From an uncultured bacterium (GTDB taxonomy: Bacteria; Chlamydiota; Chlamydiia; Chlamydiales; Parachlamydiaceae): a DNA stretch of 64,000 bases. Within the stretch, counting starts at the first letter, position 1. Each line of letters begins with the position of its first letter. A program made the position numbers and the translations under genes. Positions 22,701 through 37,700 of this stretch are shown piece by piece. Location: assembly GCA_964460985.1 (NCBI GenBank), contig CAYWQX010000005.1:26987-90986 (forward strand), written 5' to 3'. A model generated the notes under the pieces. The model searched no databases. It was not told where the DNA came from and was given only the letters and a program-made list of their open reading frames with translations.

Positions 22701-25700
22701 CCCGCGGTAAAGGTAAGGCCTGTCGTTCCGTTTAAGGTAAGGGCTCCATTGGTAGCTGTCAGAGTAACTGTCACATTAGAGTTGTCAATATCATTGATAG
22801 AGATCGCATTAGAATTAGCACTTGAAAAGACAAGGGCAGTATCTTCATTCACCACTTGAGCCACCGGTACACTGTTAACGGGAGCGTCATTCACTGCGTT
22901 GACGGTGATATTAATGTTATCTGTATCGGTTATAGAGCCATCGTTCGTTATAATTTGTACGGAAGCGGATCCGTTATAGTTAGCCGTCGGGATAAACTGA
23001 AGGCCATTTAAGGCAGCGTTGATATTTGCTTGCGTACCGGAGAAGGTCATCGTCCCGTCTGAGATCCCATCGCCTGCAGTAAAAGTAAGCCCCGTTATTC
23101 CGTTTAAGGTAAGGGATCCATTTATAGCGGTTAAGGTGACAGTGACAGTAGTATTATCCACATCGCTTAAAGAGATGGCATTGGAGTTAGAGGTCGAGAA
23201 AACAAGGGTGGTATCTTCATTGACCACTTGAGCGACGGGGACGCTATTAATGGGTGCGTCATTAACCGGATTGACCGTGATACTAATACTATCTGTATCG
23301 GTTAAAGAACCGTCGGTTGTGGTGATTTGAACCGAGGCAGAGCCGTTAAAATTCGAATTAGGAATGAATTGAAGACCGTTTAAAGCATTATTGATAGCAG
23401 TTTGAGTGCCGCTAAAGGTCATTGAAGCATCGGAAGTGCCATCGCCCGCGGTAAAGGTAAGGCCGGTAAATCCGTTTAGGGTAAGCGCTCCGTTTGTAGC
23501 TGTTAATGTCACCATGACATTTGTATTATCTACATCATTCAGTGTAATTGCATTGGAATTTACGGAAGAGAAGACAAGGGGTGTATCTTCGTTAATAACC
23601 TGCGCGACAGGTATACTATTAACAGGAGCGTCATTCACCGCATTAACGGAGATATTAATATTATCAGTGTCTGTTAAAGAGCCGTCAGTCGTTACAACTT
23701 GTATCGAGGCGGATCCATTATAGTTTGAGTTCGGTAAGAAAGTAAGTCCATTTAAGGCAGCGTTAATGTTAGCCTGAGTGCCTGAGAAAGTCATAGTCGA
23801 GTCTGAAGTCCCATCGCCTGTAGTGAAGGAAAGACCGGTGATACGGCTTAAGGTGAGGGCGCCATTTGTAGCGGTTAAGGTGACCGTGACAGTGCTGTTA
23901 TCTATATCGTTAATAGAGATATTTCCGTTGAAGACAAGAGGAGTATCTTCATTAACCGTTTGCGCTACCGGAACGGTATTAATCGGTGTATCATTAACTG
24001 CATTCACGGTGATATTGATGTTGTCGGTATCAGTAATTGAACCGTCAGTTGTTATGATTTGAATCGAGGCAGAGCCGTTATAATTCGAGTTCGGAAGGAA
24101 TTGAAGACCGTTTAAAGCATTATTGATAGTAGTTTGAGTGCCGCTAAAAGTGATCGTACCATCCGCGATTCCATCTCCTGTCGTGAGGTTAAGTCCTGTC
24201 GTTCCATTTAATGTAAGGACTCCATTGGTAGCCGATAAAGTAACGGTTACAGTCGAATTATCTACATCATTAATGGAGATGGCATTGGAGTTAGCAGTCG
24301 AGAAGACAAGCGTTGTGTCTTCATTGACAACTTGAGCGACGGGTACGCTATTTACAGGAGCGTCATTGACCGCATTGATAGTGATATTAATGTTATCGGT
24401 ATCAGTAATTGAACCATCGTTCGTTACGATTTGAACAGAAGCCGATCCATTATAGTTTGCGGTCGGAATGAACTGAAGACCATTTAAAGCGGTATTGATA
24501 GCCGATTGAGTGCCGGTAAAGGTCATCGTTCCGTCAGAGGTTCCATCACCTATAGTAAAGGTAAGGCCTGTCGTTCCGTTTAAGGTAAGGAATCCATTCG
24601 TAGCGGTAAGAGTAACCGTTACAGATCCATTATCAACATCGGATACTGTGATAGCATTCGAATTAGCGCCTGAGAAGATAAGCGTGGTATCTTCGTTGAC
24701 GACTTGAGCGACAGGAACCGTATTAATGGGTGCGTCATTGATTGCATTGACCGTAATATTAATATTATCCGTATCGGTTGTAGCGCCATCGTTCGCTACA
24801 ATTTGAACAGACGCCGATCCATTGTAATTGACGTTTGGGATGAACTGAAGACCATTTAGAGCCGCATTGATCGCAGACTGAGTACCGTTGAAGGTCATGG
24901 TACTATCGGAGGTTCCATCGCCAGCGGTAAAGGTAAGTCCTGTCGTTCCGTTTAAGGTAAGGGCTCCATTGGTAGCTGATAAAGTAACGGTTACAGTCGA
25001 ATTATCTACATCATTAATGGAGATGGTATTGGAGTTAGCAGTTGAGAAGACAAGCGTGGTATCTTCGTTGACCACTTGAGCGACCGGGACGCTATTCACA
25101 GGGGCGTCATTGACAGCATTGACGGTGATATTAATGTTGTCGGTATCGTTTGTAGAGCCATCATTCGTTACAATTTGTACGGAAGCGGATCCGTTATAGT
25201 TAGCGATAGGTGTGAACTGAAGACCATTTAGGGCGGTGTTGATCGCCGATTGAGTGCCGGTAAAGGTCATCGTTCCGTCAGAGGTTCCATCGCCAGCGGT
25301 AAAGGTAAGTCCTGTCGTACCGTTTAAGGTAAGAGTGCCATTGGTAGCGGTTAAGGTGACAGTAACTATGGTATTATCCACGTCGCTTAAAGAGATTGCA
25401 TTCGAGTTAGCGGTCGAGAAGACAAGCGTGGTATCTTCGTTGAGCACTTGAGCGACGGATACACTATTAACGGGGTTATCGTTGACAGGGGTGATGTTAA
25501 TATTGATCGTATCGGTGTCAGTTAGGCTCCCATCGGTTGTGATGACTTGGAGGGAAGCAGATCCGTTATAATTAGCAGCAGGAATAAACTGCAGGCCATT
25601 CAGCGCTGTATTAACGGCCGCCTGGCTGCCGATAAACTTCATGGTTCCATCAGAGATTCCATCGCCCGTTTGGAATGTAAGACCGGTTAAGTTTCCTAAA

Positions 25701-28700
25701 GTAAGTAAACCATTCGTAGCAGTAAGAGTAACCGTTACAGATCCGGTATCGACGTCAGATACGGTGATAGCATTCGAATTGGCGGAAGAGAAGACAAGGG
25801 GTGTATCTTCATTCACTACTTGAGTGACGGGAACGCTATTTACAGGTGCGTCATTGACCGCATTAACGGTGATATTGATGTTATCGGTATCGGTTATAGA
25901 GCCGTCGGTCGTGACAACTTGTATCGAGGCGGAACCATTATAGTTAGCTGTAGGTATGAACTGAAGACCGTTTAAGGCAGCGTTGATATTAGCCTGAGTG
26001 CCTGAGAAAGTCATTGTGCTATCAGTAGTTCCATCGCCAGTGGTAAAGGAAAGACCGGTGATACGGCTTAAGCTAAGGGCGCCATTTGTTGCGGTTAAGG
26101 TGACCGTGACAGTACTGCTATCCACATCGTTAATAGAGATATTTCCGTTGAAGACTAGAGGAGTATCTTCATTAACCGTTTGAGCTCCCGGAACGGTATT
26201 AACGGGAGCGTCATTGACCGCATTCACGGTGATATTGATGTTATCGGTATCGGTGGTTGATCCGTCGTTGGTTACAATTTGAACAGACGCCGATCCGTTA
26301 TAGTTAGCGGTCGGGATGAACTGAAGACCGTTTAGAGCGGTGTTGATCGCGGATTGAGTACCGGTAAACGTCATCGTTCCGTCATTGGTTCCATCGCCAG
26401 CAGTAAAAGTAAGCCCAGTTATTCCGTTTAAGGTAAGAGCGCCATTGGTAGCGGTTAAGGTGACGGTAACTGTGGTATTATCCACGTCATTTAAAGAGAT
26501 AGCATTTGAGTTAGCATTTGAAAAGACGAGGGGAGTATCTTCGTTGACGACTTGAGCGACGGGAATGGTATTGATCGGAGCATCATTGACTGGGTTTACT
26601 GTGATGTTAATACTATCTGTATCGGTTAAAGAACCGTCGGTTGTGGTGATTTGAACCGAAGCAGAGCCGTTAAAATTCGAATTCGGCAGCAATGAAAGAC
26701 CATTTAAAGCGGTGTTGATCGCTGATTGAGTGCCGGTAAAGGTCATCGTTCCGTCAGAGGTTCCATCGCCAGCCGTGAAGGTAAGTCCTGTCGTACCGTT
26801 TAAGGTAAGAGTGCCATTGGTAGCGGTTAAGGTGACAGTAACTATGGTATTATCCACGTCGCTTAAAGAGATTGCATTCGAGTTAGCGGTCGAGAAGACA
26901 AGCGTGGTATCTTCGTTGAGCACTTGAGCGACGGATACACTATTAACGGGGTTATCGTTGACAGGGGTGATGTTAATATTGATCGTATCGGTGTCAGTTA
27001 GGCTCCCATCGGTTGTGATGACTTGGAGGGAAGCAGATCCGTTATAATTAGCAGCAGGAATAAACTGCAGGCCATTCAGCGCTGTATTAACGGCCGCCTG
27101 GCTGCCGATAAACTTCATGGTTCCATCAGAGATTCCATCGCCCGTTTGGAATGTAAGACCGGTTAAGTTTCCTAAAGTAAGTAAACCATTCGTAGCAGTA
27201 AGAGTAACCGTTACAGATCCGGTATCGACGTCAGATACGGTGATAGCATTCGAATTGGCGGAAGAGAAGACAAGGGGTGTATCTTCATTCACTACTTGAG
27301 TGACGGGAACGCTATTTACAGGTGCGTCATTGACCGCATTAACGGTGATATTGATGTTATCGGTATCGGTTATAGAGCCGTCGGTCGTGACAACTTGTAT
27401 CGAGGCGGAACCATTATAGTTTGCAGAGGGTAGGAAGGTAAGTCCATTCAAAGCCGCGTTGATATTAGCCTGGGTGCCTGTAAAGGTCATGGTCGAGTCT
27501 GAAGTCCCATCACCGGCGGTAAAGGAAAGACCGGTGATACGGCTTAAGGTAAGGGCGCCATTTGTTGCCGTCAAAGTGACGGTGACGGTTGAGTTATCGA
27601 TATCGTTAATAGAGATATTCCCGTTGAAGATAAGAGGAGTATCTTCATTAACCGTTTGCGCTCCCGGAATAGTGTTAATCGGTGCATCATTCACAGCATT
27701 CACGGTGATATTGATATTGTCCGTATCGGTTATAGAACCATCGTTCGTTATAATTTGAAGAGAGGCCGATCCGTTATAGTTAGCGTTCGGGATGAACTGA
27801 AGACCGTTTAAGGCGGCGTTGATATTTGCTTGTGTACCGGAGAAGGTCATCGTTCCGTCAGAGGTTCCATCGCCGGCAGTAAAAGTAAGGCCTGTAATAC
27901 GACTTAAGGTAAGAGCGCCATTAGTCGCATTTAATGTAACGGTAACGTTTGTACTGTCTACATCGTTTAAAGAGATAGCATTGGAATTAGCGGTCGAGAA
28001 GACAAGCGGTGTGTCTTCATTGACAACTTGAGCAACGGGCACGCTATTTACAGGGGCGTCATTCACCGCATTCACGGTGATATTAATATTGTCCGTATCG
28101 GTTATAGAACCGTCATTTGTTATAATTTGTACAGAAGCCGATCCGTTATAGTTAGCGGTAGGTATGAACTGAAGACCGTTTAAGGCGGCATTGATATTTA
28201 CTTGCGTACCCGAGAAAGTCATTGTTCCGTCAGAGGTTCCATCACCTGCAGAAAACGTAAGCCCAGTAGTACGACTTAAGGTAAGGGCTCCATTGGTAGC
28301 GGCTAAGGTGACAGTGACAGTTGTATTATCTACGTCGTTCAAGGAGATCGCATTGGAATTAGCAATTGAAAAGACAAGGGCGGTATCTTCGTTCACTACT
28401 TGAGCGACAGGTACTGAATTGATAGGCGCATCATTGACAGGGTTGACCGTAATATCTACCACATCGGTGGAGCTTAACTCTCCGTCGCTCGTTGTGATTG
28501 AAAGAGAGGCGGAGCCATTGTAATTTGAATTGGGAAGGAAACTAAGACCATTTAAAGCATTATTTATGCTGGTTGAAGTTCCACTAAACTGCATAACACT
28601 ATTTGATGAGCCATTACCTTCAAGGAAAGTAATTCCCTCTGTGCTTCCTAGAGTAAGCAATCCATTGGTGGCGATGAGTTGGACCGTGATTTCCGTATTA

Positions 28701-31700
28701 TCGATATCGGCAAGGGTAATCGCATTCGAGTTAGCGGTTGAGAAGACGAGGGGGGTGTCTTCACTCATAGATTGCGCGACCGGTACCTGATTAACGGGAG
28801 CGTCATTGACTGCTTCTATTTGAATATTGATGTTATCTACATCTTGATAACCCTCTGTTTGAGTCACTATTTGTAAAGAAGCTGATCCATTAAAGTCTGA
28901 GAGACCGGTAAAGGTTAAACTTTGAAGCGCACTATTGATATCAGCTGCAAAACCTTTTAAAGTTATGCTAGAGCCTTCCTTATCACCCGCTAAAATTTCT
29001 ATATTTTTAAAGTCGCTAAGTATTAGCGATCCGTTCGTTGCAGTGAGAGTTACAATAACTTCTTCTCGCCCTTCGTATTGAAGACTGATCGTGTTTCCAT
29101 TTTTATCCGAGAAGGCAAGCTCAGAGTCTTCGTACATAAACTGGGCGGATGGAACGGTATTTATGAGTGCACGATTGGGCTCATTGATGTAGATATTAAT
29201 GGTATCCGTATCAGATTGTTTCCCATCCGAAGTGCTGATGGTAACAGAGGCGGAACCGGTATAGTTTTCACTCGGTCTGAATGTTAAACTATGTAAAGTC
29301 TTGTTTATCTCTTTAGAGCCTCCTATTAGAGTGAATGAACCGTCTCTATTAATAGTAACTTCGACACCCTCTTGATTGCCTATTTCAAGCGTTCCATTTG
29401 TAGCGCTCAGTGTAACTTCGATCCGTTCTTGAGTTACATTAATAATCGATATAGCGTTAGCCGTTTCACTTGAGAAAACAAGGTTAGTATCCTTATCAAT
29501 TACCTGAGAAACAGGCACATTATTATAGAGAGCCTTTGCATCCTGAATATCAATATGAATGATATCGCTATCAGAGAGTTTGCCATCGTTTGTTTCAATT
29601 TGAATGGAAGCGGAACCTGTATTCTTATCCGACGTTGTAAAAAGTAGCGTATTCAGGGCGTTGTTAACATCCGCGATCTTGCCGGTAAAGTATAGTGTTT
29701 CGCCGCTTAAAGAATCGATTTCAACACCCGGCACTCTATTTATTGTTAGACTTCCATTTGTTGCGGTTAAGGTGACTGTAACCACTTCGCTATCGATGTC
29801 TGTAAGAGTAATCGGATTAGAATTAGCGAGCGAGAAGGAGAGAGTTTTTCCTGCATCAACTGTTTGGCTTACAGGTATTGTATTGATTGGATCGTCATTC
29901 ACTGCTTCAACTTGAATGTTGATCAGCCCGCTATCGCTTAAAGACCCGTCAGTCGTTACAACTTGAATGCTCGCAGAGCCATTATAGTTCTCTTTCGGCT
30001 GGAAGATAAGGCCGTTTAAAGCGGCATTAATATTAGCCTGAGTTCCTGTAAATGTCATGGTCGTATCGGACGATCCGCTGCCTTCCAAGAAAATTAAACC
30101 AGAGGTTCCACTAAGCGTTAAAGCACCATTTGTTGCGGTTAGTGTGACCGTAACAGTTGGACTATCGACATCATTGATTGAAAGATTTCCATTAAAGACA
30201 AGGGGAGTATCTTCGCTTATGGTTTGAGCTTCAGGTAGAGAGTTGATAGGAGTGTCATTGACCGCATTGACTGCGATATTCACATTGTCGGTATCGGTTG
30301 TAGAGCCGTCGTTTGTTACAATTTGAACAGACGCCGAGCCATTATAGTTGGTAGTTGGGGTGAACTGAAGACCATTTAAGGCAGCGTTGATATTTGCTTG
30401 CGTACCGGAGAAAGTCATCGTCCCATCAGAGCTTCCATCGCCCGCTGTAAAAGTAAGCCCTGTGATACGACTTAAGGTCAGGACGCCATTCGTAGCTGTC
30501 AGAGTAACTGTCGCATTAGAGTTGTCGATATCGTTAATGGAGATCGCATTGGAGTTAGCGGTCGAGAAGATAAGCGTGGTATCCTCATTGACCATTTGAG
30601 CAACAGGAACCGTATTGATCGGAGCATCATTGACTGGGTTTACCGTTATATTAATATTATCTGTATCGGTTAAAGAGCCGTCGGTTGTGGTGAGTTGAAC
30701 CGAAGCAGAGCCGTTAAAATTCGAGTTTGGAAGGAACTGAAGACCATTTAAGGCGGTGTTGATTGCCGATTGCGTACCGGAGAAGGTCATCGTCCCGTCA
30801 GAGCTACCATCGCCTGCAGTAAAAGTAAGCCCTGTTATTCCGTTTAAGGTAAGGGATCCATTTATAGCGGTTAAGGTGACCGTGACAGTTGTATTATCCA
30901 CGTCGCTTAAAGAGATTGCATTCGAGTTAGAGGTCGAGAAGACAAGCGTGGTATCCTCATTGACCACTTGAGCGACAGGTATAGTATTAACGGGGTTATC
31001 GTTGACAGGGGTGATATTAATATTGATTGTATCGGTATCGGTTAGGCTGCCATCGGTTGTAATGACTTGGAGGGAAGCGGATCCGTTATAATTAGCAGCA
31101 GGAATAAACTGCAGGCCATTCAGCGCTGTATTAACGGCCGCCTGGCTGCCGGTAAACTTCATGGTTCCATCAGAGGTTCCATCACCCGTTTGGAAGGTAA
31201 GACCGGTGATACTGCCTAAGGTTAAAACACCATTTGCTGCGGTTAAAGTAACCGTTACAGATCCGGTATCGACATCGGATACAGTGATAGCATTCGAATT
31301 GGCGGAAGAGAAGACGAGCGTGGTATCTTCATTCACTACTTGAGTGACGGGGACGGTATTAAGAGGTGCGTCATTGACCGGATTGACGGTTATATTGATA
31401 TTGTCTGTATCGGTTATAGAGCCGTCGGTCGTGAGAACTTGTATCGAGGCGGAACCATTATAGTTTGAGATCGGTAAGAAGGTAAGTCCATTTAAGGCGG
31501 CATTGATATTAGCCTGGGTGCCTGAGAAAGTCATTGTGCTATCAGTAGTTCCATCGCCAGTGGTAAAGGAAAGACCGGTGATACGGCTTAAGCTAAGGGC
31601 GCCATTTGTTGCGGTTAAGGTGACCGTGACAGTACTGCTATCCACATCGTTAATAGAGATATTTCCGTTGAAGACTAGAGGAGTATCTTCATTAACCGTT

Positions 31701-34700
31701 TGAGCTCCCGGAACGGTATTAACGGGAGCGTCATTGACCGCATTCACGGTGATATTGATGTTATCGGTATCGGTGGTTGATCCGTCGTTGGTTACAATTT
31801 GAACAGACGCCGATCCGTTATAGTTAGCGGTCGAGATGAACTGAAGACCGTTTAGAGCGGTGTTGATCGCCGATTGAGTGCCTGTAAAGGTCATCGTTCC
31901 GTCAGAGGTTCCATCGCCAGCCGTGAAGGTAAGTCCTGTCGTTCCGTTTAAGGTAAGAGCGCCATTGGTAGCGGTTAAGGTGACGGTTACGGTCGTATTA
32001 TCTACGTCGCTTAAAGAGATCGCATTCGAGTTAGCGGTCGAGAAGACAAGCGTGGTATCTTCATTGACGACTTGAGCGACCGGTACACTATTAACGGGAG
32101 TGTCATTGACCGCATTGACTGCGATATTCACATTGTCGGTATCGGTTGTAGAGCCGTCATTCGTCATAATCTGAACAGAAGCTGGGCCATTATAATTTGC
32201 GGTCGGAATGAACTGAAGACCATTAAGGGCCGTATTAATGGCCGATTGAGTGCCAATGAAGGTCATCGTTCCGTCAGAAGTTCCATCGCCCGCTGTAAAG
32301 GTAAGTCCCGTTATTCCGTTTAAGGTAAGAGCTCCATTTGTCGCTGTTAAAGTAACTGTCACATTAGAGTTATCGATATCATTAATGGAAATAGTATTTG
32401 AGTTGGCTGTCGAGAAGATAAGCGTGGTATCTTCGTTGACCACTTGAGCGACGGGAACCGTATTGATTGGAGCATCATTCACTGGATTTACAGTGATATT
32501 GATGTTGTCGGTATCGGTTATAGAGCCGTCATTCGTCACAATCTGAATAGAAGCTGAGCCATTGTAGTTAGCCGTCGGGATGAACTGAAGACCGTTTAAG
32601 GCAGCGTTTATATTTGCTTGCGTACCGGAGAAGGTCATCGTCCCGTCGGAGGTTCCATCTCCATTGGAGAAATTAAGTCCGGTAATTCCGTTTAAAGTTA
32701 AGGTTCCGTTGGTAGCGGTTAAGGTGACAGTCACTGAGGTATTATCCACGTCACTTAAAGAGATCGCATTGGAGTTGGCTGTCGAGAAGATAAGCGTAGT
32801 ATCTTCGTTGACCACTTGAGCGATGGGAACCGTATTGATCGGAGCGTCATTCACCGGATTTACAGTGATATTGACGTTATCGGTATCGGTTATAGAGCTG
32901 TCATTCGTCACAATCTGAATAGAAGCGGATCCATTATAGTTAGCGGTCGGGATAAACTGAAGCCCATTTAAAGCCGTATTGATAGCCGATTGAGTGCCGG
33001 TGAAGGTCATGGTGCTATCGGAAGTGCCATCACCAGCGGTGAAGGTAAGGCCTGTCGTTCCGTTTAAGGTAAGGGCTCCGTTGGTAGCGGTTAAGTTGAC
33101 AGTCAATGTGGTATTATCCACGTCGTTTAAAGAGATCGCATTGGAGTTGGCTGTCGAGAAGACAAGCGTGGTATCTTCGTTGACGACTTGAGCGACAGGG
33201 ACGCTATTAACGGGAGCGTCATTCACCGCATTAATAGTAATGTTAACACTATCTGTATCTGTGCTAGAGCCGTCATTCGTCACGATTTGAACGGAAGCAG
33301 AGCCGTTATAGTTAGTGGTCGGGATAAACTGAAGACCGTTTAAAGCGGTGTTGATCGCCGATTGAGTACCGGTAAAAGTCATCGTCCCGTCAGAGGTTCC
33401 ATCGCCTGCGGTAAAGGTAAGTCCTGTCGTTCCGTTTAAAGTAAGAGCTCCATTGGTAGCGGTTAAGGTGACGGTGACGGTCGTATTATCTACGTCGCTT
33501 AAAGAAATCGCATTCGAGTTAGCGGTCGAGAAGACAAGCGGTGTATCTTCATTGACGACTTGTGCGACCGGAACGGTATTAACGGGGTTATCGTTTACAG
33601 GGGTGATGTTAATATTAATCGTATCGGTGTCAGTTAGGCTGCCATCGGTTGTGATGACTTGCAGGGAGGCAGACCCGTTATAATTGGCAGCAGGAATAAA
33701 CTGCAGTCCATTCATTGCAGAGTTGACAGCCGCCTGGGTGCCGGTAAACTTCATGGTTCCATCAGAGGTTCCATCGCCCGTTTGGAATGTAAGACCGGTG
33801 ATGCTACCTAAGGTTAAAACACCATTTGCTGCGGTTAAAGTAACTGTTACAGATCCGGTATCGACATCGGATACAGTGATAGCATTCGAATTGGCGGAAG
33901 AGAAGACAAGGGGTGTATCTTCATTCACAATCTGGGTGACAGGTATGCTATTGACTGGAGCATCGTTGACTGCACTGACGTTGATATTGATGTTATCGGT
34001 ATCGGTTATTGAGCCGTCAGTCGTGACAACTTGTATCGAGGCGGAACCATTATAGTTTGAAGAGGGTAGGAAGGTAAGCCCATTCAAAGCCGCGTTGATA
34101 TTGCCTTGAGTGCCAGAGAAAGTCATAGTCGAGTCTGAAGTTCCATCGCCTGCGGTAAAAGAAAGGCCGGTGATACCGCTTAAAGTGAGAACTCCATTGG
34201 TCGCATTTAATGTGACGGTGACAATACTGCTATCCACATCGTTAATAGAGATATTTCCGTTGAAGACTAGAGGAGTATCTTCATTAACCGTTTGAGCTCC
34301 CGGAACGGTATTAACGGGAGCGTCGTTTACTGCGTTAACGGTGATATTGATGTTGTCGGTATCAGTGATAGATCCGTCGTTAGTTATGATTTGTACGGAA
34401 GCGGATCCATTATAGTTAGCGGTCGGGATAAACTGAAGCCCATTGAGCGCTGTATTGATTGCTGATTGAGTACCACTGAAGGTCATGGTTCCATCAGAGG
34501 TTCCATCACCTGCTGTAAAGGTAAGACCTGTGATACCACTTAGGGTAAGGGCGCCATTCGTAGCGGTTAAGGTGACAGTGACATTTGTATTATCGACATC
34601 GTTAATTGAAACGGCGTTTGAATTAGCAGTCGAGAAGACAAGCGTGGTATCTTCGTTGACCACTTGAGCGACCGGGACGCTATTCACAGGAGCGTCGTTG

Positions 34701-37700
34701 ACTGCATTGATGGTGATATTAATGTTGTCGGTATCGTTTGTAGAGCCATCATTCGTCACGATTTGTACGGATGCGGAGCCGTTGTAGTTAGCTGTTGGGA
34801 TAAACTGAAGACCGTTTAAAGCGGTGTTGATCGCCGATTGAGTGCCAGTAAAAGTCATCGTTCCGTCAGAGGTTCCATCGCCAGCCGTGAAAGTAAGTCC
34901 TGTCGTTCCGTTTAAGGTAAGAGCGCCATTGGTAGCAGTTAAGGTGACGGTTACGGTCGTATTATCTACGTCGCTTAAAGAGATCGCATTCGAGTTAGCG
35001 GTCGAGAAGACAAGCGTGGTATCTTCGTTGACCATTTGAGCGACCGGGACACTGTTCACAGGAGCGTCATTGACTGCATTGACGGTGATATTAATATTAT
35101 CGGTATCGGTAGTTGATCCGTCATTGGTTACGATTTGTATTGAAGCCGAGCCGTTATAGTTAGTAGCAGGGATAAACTGTAGGCCATTTAAGGCAGCGTT
35201 GATGTTAGCCTGAGTACCGGAAAAGGTCATAGAGCTATCAGAAGTTCCGTCACCTGCACTAAATGAAAGACCTGTAATTCGGCTTAAGGTAAGAGCACCA
35301 TTTGTGGAGGTTAAGGTAACAGTGACATTTGTGTTATCGACATCGTTAATCGAAATGGCATTGGAATTAGCACTTGAGAAGACAAGGGTTGTATCTTCGC
35401 TAACGACTTGAGCGACGGGAACCGTGTTAACGGGTGCATCGTTGACTGCGTTGATAGTGATATTAATATTATCGGTATCAGTGGTTGATCCGTCGTTGGT
35501 TACGATTTGGACCGAAGCCGAGCCGTTATAGTTAGCAGTCGGAATGAACTGCAGGCCGTTCAGGGCTGTATTGATTGCTGATTGAGACCCACTGAAGGTC
35601 ATGGTTCCGTCAGCGGTTCCATCGCCCGCTGTAAAAGTAAGCCCAGTAGTTCCGTTTAAGGTAAGGGCGCCATTCGTAGCCGTTAAAGTGACAATAACAT
35701 TTGTGTTATCGACATCGTTAATCGAAATGGCGTTTGAATTAGCACTTGAGAAGACAAGGGTTGTATCTTCATTGACCACTTGAGCGACCGGGACGCTATT
35801 CACAGGAGCGTCATTGACTGCATTGATGGTGATATTAATATTATCGGTATCGGTTGTAGAGCCGTCGTTGGTTACGATTTGTACGGAAGCTGAGCCGTTA
35901 TAGTTAGCGGTCGGGATGAACTGAAGTCCATTGAGCGCTGTATTGATTGCTGATTGAGTACCACTGAAGGTCATCGTTCCGTCAGAAGTTCCATCGCCCG
36001 CTGTAAAGGTAAGACCTGTGATACCGCTTAAGGTAAGAGCTCCATTTGTAGCGGTTAGGGTGACAGTGACATTTGTATTATCAATATCGTTAATTGAAAT
36101 GGCGTTAGAATTAGCACTTGAGAAGACAAGAGTTGTATCTTCGCTAACGACTTGAGCGACGGGAACCGTATTTATGGGTGCATCGTTGACAGCAGCAATG
36201 TTTATATTAACTGTATCAGTATCGGTTAAAGTTCCATCGGTTGTAACAATTTGTACAGAAGCAGACCCATTATAATTTGCGCTTGGGATAAATTGAAGGC
36301 CATTTAGTGCGGCATTGATATTGGCTTGAGTACCAGTGAAAGTCATTGCAGCATCGGATGCGCCATCGCCGTTTGAGAAACTGAGTCCTGTAGTTCTACT
36401 TAAGCTAAGAACCCCATTGCTAGAGGTTAAGGTGACTGTGACGCTATTACTATCCACATCATTAATAGCGATTGCATTTGAATTGGCGCTTGAAAAAACA
36501 AGCGTTGTATCTTCGTTAACTACCTGAGCGACTGGTACAGTGTTAATCGGTGCATCGTTTACTGCACTGATTGTGATATTTATACTATCAGTATCAGTAG
36601 TAAAGCCGTCATTTGTTGAGATTTGTATGGAAGCAGATCCATTATAATTTGCTGTCGGTATAAACTGAAGGCCATTTAAAGCAGTATTAATAGCTGATTG
36701 AGTGCCTGAAAAGGTCATTGTTCCATCTAATGTTCCATCACCAGTAGTAAAGGTAAGTCCTGTGAGACTGCTTAAGGTAAGAGCTCCATTTGTCGCTGTC
36801 AATGTAACAGTCGCGTTTGAATTATCAATATCGTTTATAGATATCGCATTGGAATTAGCACTTGAGAAGACAAGGGTTGTATCCTCGTTAACGACTTGAG
36901 CGACTGGAACGGTATTAACTGGAGCATCATTTACAGCGGTAATATTTATTACGGCGGTTTTTGAATCATTAAACTCGCCATCAGATACACTTAACTGAAC
37001 CGAAGCAGACCCATTATAATTTGGGGAACCTATAAAACTCATGCCGTTTAAAGCGGCATTAATCGCACTAGAGGCTCCCGAGAAAGTCATTGAACTATTA
37101 TTTGTCCCATTTCCAACACTAAAGTTTAAGCCAGTTGTGGAAGCTAGGGATATTTGTCCGCTAACAGCTGTGAGTGTTACTGTTAAATTACTATTATCAA
37201 CATCTGCCACAGTAAAGGCATTATTATTTGCTGTAGAAAAAATGAGAGCGGTGTCTTCGGAAACTGTCTGATTTAAAGAGGGGCCTGTTGCGATTGGCGC
37301 ATCGTTCACGTTCGTGACGTTTATTGTAAGATTATCTGTCGTATTGGTAAGTCCATCAGAACTGCTGATCTGAAGAGTATCGGTTCCTGAAAAATTAGTG
37401 GTTGGATTGTACGAAAGGGTATTTAAGGCTGCATTAATATTCGAAACACTGCCAGAAAATACCATTATACTATTACTAGTGCCGTTTCCCGTAGAGAAGG
37501 TGAGCCCTGTCTTAGTAGCTAAAGTAAGAGTCCCGTTCGCAACTGTTAATGTTACCGTGCTTGTTGTATTATCAACATCGCTGATAGAGATTTGATTTCC
37601 ATTAGTTGCATTAAAGGATAAGGTTCCCTCTTCTGCAATAGTCTGTGCGGCAGGTAGATTATTGATCGGTGCATCATTTACAGAGTTCACGGTGATGGCG

